From Hypanus sabinus (lineage: Eukaryota), in the NCBI RefSeq assembly GCF_030144855.1, contig NC_082721.1:43028001-43092000 (forward strand): a stretch of 64,000 nucleotides of DNA. The letters are read 5' to 3'. Positions within the stretch are counted from its first letter, which is position 1; each line of letters opens with the position of its first letter. A model generated the notes under the pieces. That model was not told where the DNA came from. It searched no databases and saw only the letters and a program-made list of their open reading frames with translations. Of the stretch, positions 1-12,199 are shown one piece after another. The translations under genes and the position numbers were made by a program.

Positions 1-19
1 GAAAAGAGAGCTGAGAATG

Positions 20-613
20 GATGTTGGACTGATGGAAATCAATGCTGAAGAAATAGTAATGGGGTATAGGGAAACTGAATAAATAAACTGAATAAATATT
101 TTGCATCAGCCTTCACTGTGGAAGATTCTAGCTGTTTGGTGGAAATTCCAGGTGTCAGGGGGCTTCATGTGTGTGAAGATATTTTTACTAGAGAGAAGAT
201 TCTTGGGAAACTGAAAGGTCTGAAGGTAGATAAGTCACCTGGCCCAGATGGTATACAACCCAGGGATCAGATAGAGGGGGCATTTGTGATGATCTTTCAA
301 GAATTACTAGGTTCTGGTATGATTCTGGAAGACTGGAAAATTACAAATGTCATTTCACTCTTCAAAAGGGGAGAGAGGAAGCAATAGGCCAGTTAGTCTG
401 ATGACAGTGGTTGGGAAGATATTGGCGCCGATCATTAAGGATGAGGTCTCAGAGTACTTGGAGGCACATGATAAAATGGGGCAAAGTCAGCATGGTTCTT
501 CAAGGGAAAATCTTGCTTGATAAATCTGTTGGGATTCATTGAAAAAATAACATGCAGTACAGACAAAGGAGAATTGGTTGCTGTTGTATACGAAGATTTT
601 CAGAACGTCTTTG

Positions 614-616
<3 letters not shown>
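20..616 (+). mobile_element. CR1-like LINE ORF2 fragment (EN-RT linker and RT start), decayed
   Basis: Translates across frameshifts to KSPGPDGI...NVISLFKRGER...QHG...DFQNVFDK. Confidence 0.85.

Positions 617-684
<68 letters not shown>
617..684. repeat. (AG)34 microsatellite
   Basis: Uninterrupted AG run from 617 to 684; it generates the spurious ER- and LS-repeat ORFs in the track. Confidence 0.97.
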
Positions 685-687
<3 letters not shown>

Positions 688-759
688 TCCAATGAGAGAT
701 ATTGCTTTCACACAGTAACAATCTATAACTAACTTCACTAAAGATACAGTCTTTTGGGT

Positions 760-2060
760 GTCACTGTTTTTTTTTCAGGATAGTGCCTCTGGACCTATGG
801 GTGGCATCTGCTTCGGCAGGTGTCTTGTCAATAATAACAGTCTTGTTGTGCCTCTGGACCAGTGGAGTGACATCAGGTTTTGTAGGTGTTGTTTCAAAGT
901 CAACATTCTCGGTTTCCGGTGTCACATTTCCCTTGGTGACATGATCATCACTGAGAGGCAAGTCCAGTGGTTGTAATGCGTCCATCTTGTTGGATACAAT
1001 TGAATCCAATGCACTCTTTGGTTGAACATACAGTATCTGGCCCACACGATATCTTCATGTCTGATCGCCAATATGCACTTTGTACATCAGCGGTCCAGTT
1101 CTTGTAGCTATCCCATCACTGCTCCATTTGTCTTCTCAGTAATCACGTGCTAGGACTTCCTGTCGAAACTCAAGGCTCCTTGCCAATTCAACTGGCAACT
1201 GTTTGAACTGGTTATTCTGCACTTCTGTCTGTAAATCTAGATTCAGGAAGTCTGTGCAAGATCTCAGACTCCTGCTCATGAACAGTATTGTAAGTGTTTG
1301 ATTTGTTGTCACATGACCAGAGTCCTGATACACAATAAAGAAATTGTCTGCCTCATGCTGTAGAGAAGTGTCCTCCTTGACCATCGCTTTAATGGACTTC
1401 TTGATGGTTTGGATAACGCTTTCAGCTAACTCATTCATTAATGGGTGGTCAGGAGCTGACTTCAAATGTTTGATGCTGTTTTTTCTTCCTGAATTGTCTA
1501 AACTCTTCTGAAATGTATTGTGGTCTGTTGTCACTTGCAATTTGTTCTGGTAAGCCATTTATGGTGAAGCTAGTCCTCAGAGTGGAAACAGCCTTTTCTG
1601 AGGTGCTTGACTTCATTGGTAATACTTCAGTCTAATTCGTATGAGCATCAACAGCGATCAGAAACATGAAATCCATGAATGGCCCAGAAATGTCAATATG
1701 CACTCTTTCCGGTGGTGATGTCGGCCAATCCCATGGATGTACAGTGCCTGTGGCAGCACATTTTGAACTTTTTGGGATCCTGAATGGCTTTTGGCCAAGT
1801 CCTCAATTTGTTTATCTATTCCCAGCCACCATTTGTATTTCCGGGCAAGACTCTTCATCTTGACTGCATCTAGGTGTCCTTCATGCAGATTCTCTAACAC
1901 TCTGCTGCGCAGTTTAGAGGCAACTACTATATGTTCTTTGACATATCAATAGTTGGTCTGGTCTCATTGAGAACTTTGGGAATGTCAAATTATCATGAGC
2001 TGGCCATCCTCGCACGGCGATGTCTTGAATTTTTGACAATGTCGGGTTTCTTATTTCTCT
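760..2060 (-). mobile_element. Ty3/Gypsy pol remnant (integrase region), decayed
   Basis: LHEGHLDAVKMKSLARKYKWWLGIDKQIE (HHCC zinc-binding region) and ESVIQTIKKSIKAM. Same family as the 12.2-14.8 kb element. Confidence 0.85.
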
Positions 2061-2689
2061 TTGTATTTTGAAATTTGTTACCGGTAATTGGTCCATTAAT
2101 GCTGTTTGGAAGACTACTAGTGCAGATAATTTAACATCACCTGAGCAACAAAAGCTGACTGTCAAGTCCCAAATAAATGGACACAAATACAATATAACAC
2201 AATATAAGGAGAATTCAGTGCAAGTGGCAACACTTGAAATAATAGGTTCCGATAGAAAAGCAAAAGAGGAGACTGCAGTACCTAGAATTTGTTCCTTGCC
2301 ACAGAATGATATTGCAGGGGCTTCCAGGGGGAAGAATGTGTAACTCAGAAAATTTTATATCAGTGTCTGACCTCCATAATTAATTTCTCTCACAAGAAAT
2401 GCTGTTCATGATAACAGATATTATCATCATTTAAGGTCAGTGTGGAAGTACGTGTCAAAGATGATGACATTGATAAGTTCCACATGAAATCAGAATACAG
2501 TACTGATGCATTTGTCAATGGTATCAAGAAAGTTGAAGAGGGATGCCTGAGTCCTTTTGTAACTATGTTGTGTAAATGGCTACTTCAGTACCTGGTAAAT
2601 GGTAACACCCACGTGAGAAAGATGCCATTGGGTTCAGCTGACTGAAAGTATCAAATGGAGGGGATGAGATATCCTGAATAAATAAGTTC

Positions 2690-4000
2690 CATAGAGTTTT
2701 ACTACACAGTACCAACCTCTTTGCCCCAATTGGTCCATATTGATTGGTATCTCCATCCAAGTTTGTCCCGTTTGCCAGTGTTTGGCCCATGACGTTCTAA
2801 ACATTTCCAAACCATGTACCTGTCCAACTGTCTATTAAAAGTTGTTCTTGTACATGTCTGATCCCCTTTGCCTGTTAGCTCATTTCACATGGATGCCACA
2901 GTTTGTGAGTAAAAAAGGTTATTTGCCTGGCAGCAGGCCTCAAACTCTTCCACCTCCATTCCGTAGGCTGTCTCAGCATTGTTGGTGATGAGCCTCAGCA
3001 ATGTTGTGTTAAGGTGTTCTCTCTCATCTTAAACTTGTATATTCTTGTCCTTAATTCCCCAACCTTGGAAAAAAAGCTGAGTATATTCACCCTTCATGAT
3101 CATGTACACCTCTATATCATCAGCTCTCAGTTCTACCCTGACTAATCTCTGCTGATAATCCAGATCCTCAAGACCTCACAACCTGTAAGTCTTTCCTGCA
3201 GTTTTTCCTGTTTAATAATACCCTTCCTATAGCAGTGCAGCCAAAATTTTGTACAATACTCCAAGTATGACTACAGCAGCATCCTCTACAACCACACCAT
3301 GGCCTCCCAACTTTTGTACTCAGTGCCCTGACTTATGAAGTTCACAATGTCAAAAACCTTCTTTCCCACCTTGTCTACCTGTGACTCCACTTTTAATCCT
3401 TGTACATTCACTCCAAGGTTCCTCTGTTCACCAACACTCCCCATTCATGTGAAAGTCCTACCTAGATTTAATCTTGAAAATGCAATGTCTTGCACTTATC
3501 CAAATTAACCTCCATTTGATACCCTTCATACCAGCTGATCAAGCTGGCCCTGTAATTTTGATTGATCTTCTTAATTGTCTGCTACATCACCTATTTTACT
3601 GTCAACTGCAATCTCATTAATCATGTCTTGTACGTATTTATTCAAGTTGTTGATATAGATGACAGACAACGATGCACTATCACCTAAGTCACACCACTAA
3701 TCATGGGTACCAGACTGAGAAACTATCCTCCACTTTGTTTGCACTTCCCCTTCTTCCCATCAAGCCAATTGTGTCTCCAGTTAGCCAGCTCTTACTGGAT
3801 TCCATGTGAACTATCCTTCCAGTGCAGCCTAATAAGTGGAATGTTAAAGACTTACTGAAGTTCATTTAAATGACAGCATGGCCCTGGCCTCACTGACATT
3901 CTTTTTTGCATCATCAAAAATCTCAATAAAATTCATAGGACATGGTCTCCGATGCACAAAGCCAGCTGATGCCTCTAACCAACCCCTGTATTTCAAGGGG
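2690..4000 (-). mobile_element. Old CR1 3'-end and RT fragments
   Basis: Shark-type CR1 3' tail (tgggccaaacactggcaaacgggac...tggaccaattgggg...ctctatg) and degenerate RT stretches. Confidence 0.7.
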
Positions 4001-4469
4001 TAGGGATATCTTATCCCTTAGAATCTTCTCCAGTTATTTACGTGTCCAAGATGTAAGACTTACCGGTGTATAGATCCCAGTATTCCTTGCCACTCTTCTT
4101 AAATATATGCACAACATTTGCTTCCATCCAGTCTATTTACTAGCACTTCTCCATGACGAACAATGAAGCAAATATCTGAACAACGGTTCCTAACTTCTTC
4201 TGTAGCCGCCCGCAGTTTTCTTGGATGTAGCTAGTCAGGTTCTGTGGATCTGTGTACCTCCATACGTTTTTCAAAATCTAGCAAAGATGGATCCAGAAAA
4301 CAAGAGAAGCTGAATCATTGAATGGATTCAGGGCTGAGTCTGGACAGATTTTTAGTGCAAACTGAGTCTGGGATTATATCAAGAACTCATGTAAACATGA
4401 TTCATAATAATGCTGAAGGAACAGCTGCACACCGAATAAAAAATCTGATAGCACTGGAAGTGCAGGCAA

Positions 4470-4710
4470 CTCAGATTCAGTTCCTGATGCTGCCTGTAAG
4501 AAGTTTGCATGTTCTCCCTGTGTCCGCTTGGGTTTCCTCTGGGTGCTTCTCTCTCCACCCATAGTCCAAAGATGTATCAGTTAGTAGGTTAATTGGTAAT
4601 TGTATATTGTCCCATGTTTCCATTAATGTTAAATTGGTGGGCTGCTGTGCAGCTTGGCTCGAAGGGCAGGAAGGGCTACTCCATGCTGTATCTCAATAGA
4701 TAAATAAATA
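4470..4710 (+). mobile_element. V-SINE (HE1-like), 5'-truncated
   Basis: Central V-domain-like gtttgcatgttctccctgtgtccgcttgggtttcctctgggtgc...tccaaaga...ggttaattgg, a CR1-derived tail and a (taaa)n end. Confidence 0.8.
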
Positions 4711-6239
4711 ATGGGGTACTGTGGTGTGAGAACACCTCCCTTTTAGAAAGTTGGCAGTGCATTTCTCAGGAGACAGAGATCCTGGAAGCCAAACCACCCA
4801 TCCTTTCTTTTTTTTTTTCTAAATCTTTTTATTAATATTAGTAATATGGACAGAATACAGATGATATATACCACCCATCCAAACATCTTATCTATTAGTA
4901 ATGAGGGAGGTGACGTCAGTACTGGCCATTCCATTGGGGAATTCACATTTGAGTCTCATGATCCTTCCACCAAACTCTTAATACTCCCACTCTACCTCAT
5001 CTGTACTGACCACATTATGCTTCACACAAGTATCTGGGGATATATGGGTGGGTAAAGATAACAAATAATTTACCTTGGAGAACAAACCTGCCATTTCAGT
5101 CTTGCTTTAGATCTTAGCAAGCCATGACCAGAAAAGTGAGAAATATGCTGGATTTGAAAGTGACAAACTCATGAATTGTGTGTGTATTTCAATAAATGCA
5201 TACTTAATGAAGGAAGATTTTAAATATCCTGTGTATGACAATAGTAAATACTAATCATTATACAGTTATCACATTCTCAGTTTTGTTTGTTGCAGATCAA
5301 GCAAATTTTCACTAGTTCATTGGCCAAAGTAGGTCAAAATTCAATGCTCACTCATTCACTCATTGAATGTTCACTTATTCTAAAGTAGTTCCAGGATGTT
5401 GATGAAACTTTGGATCAACATCTTTCAGTGAAAGAATCCCACCCTTGCTGTTGGGAAAAGGAAATTGTCACTGAAGAGAATAAGTGAATATCCCCAATTT
5501 ACATATCTGCCCAAAGTTAAACCACATAGTTTTATTCTTTGTGTGCTCCAATTTCCCTCTTTCTCTGATGGCTTCAGAAGAATTAGTCCCACTGACCCAG
5601 TGACCCCTCTTCCCATGGGAATCCGGACAGTGACTGTGGGCAGACAAGTGCAAGTGAACCCATCTGGCTGGTGCTGCTCTCCGCAAACAGCCAGAAATCA
5701 GGATCACTGACAGTGGCTGAGGACTAACTTGTAATCCCAAATAGGCACGTTGGTTGTAGTTACTGAACTCTCCAGGGAAGATCTATTGATCTATTCTGGA
5801 ACAGGTAGCATGACATGAACCTTTTTGGTCTTTGCAACTCAATAAATGATTAAGGAGAAGAAGTAGATTCAAACTGCTCTGCCATTCAATAATTTTATGA
5901 CTGATCTTATTGTAAACTTTATGTCCCATTACTGCATGTGTCAGGTAAACAGTCCCTGAGAACAAGAGTTTGACGGGTTTATGGTCCTCTGAGAGAGAAA
6001 TTACCCAACGTTCATATCTGTCCTAAGTGGACAAAACCTGATTTTTAAACACTAGCGTTTTGTTGTACATCCCCTATAAGAAGGGTGTACATAGGTCCTC
6101 TGCCAAGACCCCTCATTAGCTGATGATCCAATCAATTAACCTCTCAGTCCTTAAAACTCCAGTGAATACAGGCCTCAGCTTCCCTCACAAGATGATCTGC
6201 ACATCAGAGTACAGAATCTTGTAAAAAGGGAGAAAGGAG

Positions 6240-7230
6240 AGTGGAAGCAAAACTATTGGAGAAGTATCTTAGGCATTGGATTTAATTGTATTTAGAAAAG
6301 CATGGGGTTATTAGTGATAGTCAGAAGGGCCTTGTGGAGGGCAGATTGTGCCTTACAGAACAGATTGAGTTCTTTGGGGAGGTGGCAAAGATGATTGATG
6401 ACCTTGCAGAAGTTGTTAATGGAAATTTTAGGAAGGTTATTGTCAAGGTCCTTCAGGGTAGTCTGATGCAGCAGATTAATTCACATGGCATCTGATGTCT
6501 TTAAAATTGGCTGGCCGGAAAAGACAGGGGATAGTAGTGGAGGGGTAAAGTCCAGATTGGAGGACTATGGGCAGTGGTGTTCCATAGGGATCAGTGCTGT
6601 ACCTCTGTTGTTTACAATGTACAGTAAATGACTTGGATGAAAATACAGAATGGCTGACTGATGGGCTTGCAGATGGCAAAAGGAATACAAAGAGTGCAGG
6701 ATACCAGATGTGATGTCATCAGTGCTCCTTTGAACAGAAACACAGATTGCTGAGATCAGATAACTTACATGGACCTGATAGATAACTCATCTGAACTAAA
6801 TGGACTATACTCCATGATTCTAAAATAGGTAGCTTAAAGATTGTGGAGGCATTAGTAGTCATCTTTCAAGAATTATTCTGAATGTTTTTGGAGGAATGCA
6901 AAACAGCAAGTGTCACTCCAGTCTGAGAAGAGAAGGATGCAAAAGACAGGAAATTATAAGTCTGTTAGTCTGAATTCCGTGGCTGGCAAGCTGTTAGATC
7001 CCATTTTTCAGCGTGAGGTTTTGGGGTACTTGGAGACACGTGATAAAATAGGTGAAAATCAGCATGGTTTCCTGAAAGGGAAGTCTTGCCAGAAAAATCT
7101 GTTGGAATTCTTTGAGGATGTAACAGGTAGGAAGGATCAACAAAGGAGAGTCAGTGTATGTTTTTACTTGGATTTTCAGAGGCCTTTGACAAGTGCCACA
7201 CACGAGGTGACTGGAATGAGCTGCCAGGCG
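6240..7230 (+). mobile_element. Decayed CR1 RT fragments
   Basis: YLEKHGVISDSQKGLVEGRLCLT...; NYKSVSLNSVAGKLL...QHGFLKGKSC. Confidence 0.8.
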
Positions 7231-7304
7231 TAGTGGAGGAAGAAGATATGATAGTCACATTTGAGAGGCTTTTAGATAGACATGAAAATGCAAGGAATGG
7301 AGAG

Positions 7305-10300
7305 ATAGAAACACAGAAACATAGAAATCCTACAACATAATACGGGCCCTTCAGCCCATAATGCTGTGCCAAACAGGTCCTTACCTTAGAAATTATTGAG
7401 GGTTACACATAGCCCTCTATTTTTCTAAGATCCATGTACCTAACCAGGAGTCTCTTAAAAGACCCTGCTGTATCCGCCTCCACCACTGTTGCTGGCAGCC
7501 CATTCTGAGCACTCACCACGCTATGCGTAAAATACATATCCCTGACATCACCTCTGTACCTACTTAAAGCACCTAAAAACTGTGTTCTATTCTGTTTAGC
7601 CATTTCAGCCCTGGGAAAAAGCCTCTGACTTATCTACACAATCAATGCCGCTCATCCATTTATACAGCTCTATTTGGGCACTTCTCATTATCCATTTCAC
7701 CAAGGAGAAAAGGCCAAGTTCACTCAATCTATTCTCGGAAGGCATGCTCCCCAGTCCAGGCAACATCCTTGTAAATTTCCTCTGCACCCTTTCTATATTT
7801 CCACATCCTTCCTGTAGTGAGGTGACCAGAACTGAGCACAGTACTCCAAGTGGGAACTGACCAGCATCCTATCTAGCTGTAAAATAACCTATCGGCTCTT
7901 GAACACAATCCCATGGTTGATGAAGGCCAATGCACTGTATGCCATCTTAACCACAGAGTCAACCTGTGCAGCAGCTTTGAATATCCTTTGGGATTTGGAC
8001 CCCAAGATCCCTCTGATACTCCATATTGCCAAGAGTCTTACCATTAATACTATATTCTGCCATCATATTTGACCTACCAAAATGAATCACCTGACAATTA
8101 TATGGGCTGAACTCCATCTGCCACTTCTCAGTGTAGTTTTGCATCCTATCGATGTCCCGCTGTAAACTCTGACAGCCCTCCACACTATCCACAACATCCC
8201 AAACGTTTGTGTCATCAGCAAACTTACTAACCTATCCTGCCATTTCCTCATCCAGGTCATTTATAAAAATCATGAAGAGAAGGTGTTCCAGAACAGATCC
8301 TTGAGGCACTCCACTGGTGACTGACATCCATGCAGAATATGACCCACCTACGACCACTCTTTGTGTTCTGTGGGCAAACCAATTCTGAATCCACAAAGCA
8401 AGGTTCCCTTAGATCCCATGCCTCCTTACTTCTTCAATAAGCCTTGCATGGGGTAGCTTATCAAACACTTTGCTGAAATCCATCTACAAAACATCTGCAG
8501 CTCTACCTTCATTAATGTGTTTTGTCACACCCTCGATAAATTCTATCAGGCTTGTAAGGCAAAACCTTCCTTTGCTAAGGCCATGCTGACTATTCCTAAT
8601 CATATTATACCTCTCCAAATGTTCATAAATCCTGCCTCTCAGGATCTTCTCCATCAACTTACCAACCACTAAAGTAAGGCTCACTGGTCTGTAATTTCCT
8701 GGGCTATCCCTACTCCCTTTCTTGAATAAGGGAACACATCTGCAAACCTCCAATTCTCTGGAACCTCTCCCATCCACATTGATGATGCAAAGATCATTGC
8801 TAGAGGCTCAGCAATCCCCTCCCTCACCTCCCACAGTAGCCTAGGGTACATCTCGTTTGGTCCCAATGACTTATCCAACTTGATGCTTTTCAAAAACTCC
8901 AGAAGATCCTCTTTCTTAATGTATGTATATGCTCAAGCTTTTCAGTCTGCTGTATGTCATCCCTACAATTGCCAAAGTCCTTTTTCTGAATACTGAAGCA
9001 AAGTATTAATTAAGTACCTCTGCTATCTCCTCTGGTTCCATGCATACTTTTCCACTGTCACACTTGATTGGTTCTGTTCTCTCACATCTTATGCTCTTGC
9101 TCTTCAGATACTTGTAGAATTCCCTGGGGTTTTCCTTAATCCTGCTCGCCAAGGCCTTCTGATGGCCCCTTCTTGCTCTCCTAATTTCATTCTTAAGCTC
9201 CTTTCTGCTAGCATTATAATTTTCTAGATTTCTATCATTACCTAGCTTTTTGTCCATTTCGTAAGCTTTTCTTTTCTTCTTGACTAGATTTTCAACAGCC
9301 TTTTCAACAGTCATGGGTCCTGTACCCTACAATCCTTTCCCTGTCTCATTGGAATGTTTGCAGAACGCCTCGCAAATATCCCCTGAACATTTACCACATT
9401 TCTACCATACATTTCTCTTGGAACATCTGTTTCCAATTTAGGTTTCCAAGTTCCTGCCTGATAGCTTCATATTTCCCCTTACTCCCATTAAACGCTTTCC
9501 TAACTTGTCTGTTCCTATCTCTCTCCAATGCTATAGTAAAAGATATAGAATTGTGATCGTTGTCTCCAAATATGCTCTCCCACTGAGAGACCTGGCACCT
9601 CACCAGGTTCACTTCCCGATAACAGATCAAGAGCAGCCTTTCCTCATGTGTCAGGAAACCTTCCTGAATAAACCTAAGAAACTCATCCCATCTAACTCCT
9701 CGCTCTAGGGACATGCCAATTGATATTTGGGAAATTAAAATCTCCCACCACAACAACCCTGTTATTATGTTATTATTGCTCCTTTCCAGATTATGTCTCC
9801 CTATCTGCTCCTCGATGTCTGTGTTTCAGTTGGGTGGTCTATGAAACACTCCCAGTAGAGTTATTGACCCCTTCCTGTTCATAACTTCCACCCACAGAGA
9901 CTCTGTAGACAATCCTTCCATTACTTCCTCCTTTTCGGCAGCCATGACACTATCTCTGATCAGTGGTGCCACAACCGACCTCTTTTGCCTCCCTCCCTGT
10001 TCTTTCTAAAACATCTAAAGCCTGGCACTCTAAGGAGCAATTCCTGCCCCTGAGCCATCCAATTATCTGTAATGGCCACAACATCATAGCTCCAAGTACT
10101 GATCCATGCTCTAAGCTCATCTGCTTTGTTCATGATGCTTCTTGAGATAAAATGGACGCATCTCAAACCATCAGTCTGAGCGTATGCCTTCTCTATCATC
10201 TGTCTATCCTCCCTTTCACACTGTCAACAAGCTTTCTCTATTTGTAAGACAACTGCTCCTTCCTCCATCTCTTCAGTCTGGTTCCCACCCTTCAGCAATT

Positions 10301-10800
10301 CTCGAGTAAACTCTCCCCAGTAGCCTTAGCAAACCTCCCTGCCAGGATATTAGTCCCCCTCTGATCCAACTGCAAACCGTCCTCTTTGCACAAGTCACGC
10401 CTGCCCTAAATGAGGTCCCAATGATCCAGAAATCTGAATCCCTGCCCTCCCACTCCAATCCCTCAGCCACGCATTTATCCTCCACCTCACTCTATTCCTA
10501 TACTCACTGTCACGTGGCACAGGCAGTAATCCCAAAATTACTACCTTTGAGGTCCTGTTTCTCAACTTCCTTCCTAACTCCCTATAGTCTGCTCTCTGGA
10601 CCTCCTCCCTTTTCCTACCTATGTCATTGGCACCAATATGTACCATGACCTCTGGCTGTTCTCCTTCCCACTTCAGGATATCGTGGATGTAATCAGAAAC
10701 TTCCCAGACCCTGGCACCTGATAAGCAAACTACCACCTGTGTTTCTTTCCTGCGTCCACAGAATCACTATCTGACTCCCTATCAGTGCTGCCATCCTCTT
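7305..10800 (-). mobile_element. Long CR1-like LINE (ORF1 esterase, APE endonuclease, RT, 3' tail), frameshifted
   Basis: ORF1 SGNH-esterase-like VVCLSGARV...VHIGANDIG...VVILGLLPVP (10395-10736). EN fragment SIMNKADELRAWISTWSYDVVAITD. RT fragment NYRPVSLTLVVGKLME...QHG. (tttctatg)-type tail at about 7305-7328. Confidence 0.92.
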
Positions 10801-12199
10801 CCTTTCCCTACTCGTCTGATAATGTCAAAGCAGAAGAGGTTTAGTTTAATTTGGCATCGTATTCAGCACAGATTTTTGTGACGAAGGACCTGTTCTGGTG
10901 CAATGTTCTCATATTTTAGAGAGATCTAGGTTAATCAGATAACCATCCAACAGCAGGAGTGAACCAGTTGATTGATCCCTTAATGACATGGTTACCAGGC
11001 GAGATGTGAGAAACCCACATGGGATCAAATCTGAACTCTCCTCAGTTTAGCCAATCCACAAATACATTTCTTTGACAAAATAAATGGGAGGAGTATCATT
11101 CCTACAATCATGTAGACAAAATTTGAATTTAAATTGAAGGATTGCCTCTTCAGCTTTCTGTGGTGGAACAACACACTAAATAGGATAGTTTCAAAATAGA
11201 TTTAGCATCTCAAAAATAGCACATGATTCATAGGGTGTCATCAGCAGCAAAATTTTACACTTTCACCACAATTCACAACCCTGTTACACAGCATATCCTC
11301 ACTCCATCATTACAATCAAAACAAGCTGCTGACCCTGATTCAATGTTAAAAACGGAAGTGTACTTGAGCAGAAATTGTCAAGTCTAAAAATTATCTGAGA
11401 CATAAAGTTACCACACTGTGAACATTAAGCAGTTGATCAGCATAAAGTTAACTGTCAGCCCTAAGCCAATGGATCTGAACAAAGGGCTTAAGCCCCTTAA
11501 AGGCAACAAAGGAAAATTAGTTGGGGATATGCAAACAACAGATTTGTTGAAACTATGATAGTTTTGCCAGTTGTCACTGTGAACACAAAAAAACATTGCA
11601 CTTAAGGGTACAAAAAAAAAGCAATATTGGAAGAATACAGCAGGTGAAACAACACCTTTGGAGGCAGAAGGTGTATGTTGATGTTTAGTACTGAGAACAG
11701 ATATCAAGACAGAGAGTGAACAGGAAATATTACCAATATATAGCAGTATGAGGAAAGGTGGGACAGAGGCTGGGAGGTGATAAGTGGAGATAAATGGGGG
11801 TTTAGATAATGGAAAGATACATTCAAGGGAGAAATTAATGTGTCTATTCAGCTTGCAGAAAGAGCCACAAATTAATGTGCATGCATAAGTTATCAGTCTT
11901 AATTAGTACTAAGGGGAGTCATTGTGCTAAAAGAAATAGATCCATACATTATACTTCCTCCCCATTTAGACTAAAACTATACATGTAACAAAACATTCAA
12001 TTTCCCTTAAACAGAAAATATTCAAATAAACATGCTTTCGCAAAGCAGTCCATGATTCAGTTCAATATACTAAAGATTCTGTCTTTTGGATGGAGCTCTG
12101 TTTCTTTCAGAATAGTTTCTTTGGACCTGTGGAGTGGCATCAAGTTTAGCCAGTGCTTTGTCAACAACAGCTTTCTCTGTTTCAGATGTCACATTGCTG

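Noticed and set aside
487-738. ORFs with SLSLSL/ERERER repeats
   Set aside because: They are translations of the (AG)34 microsatellite plus CR1 debris.
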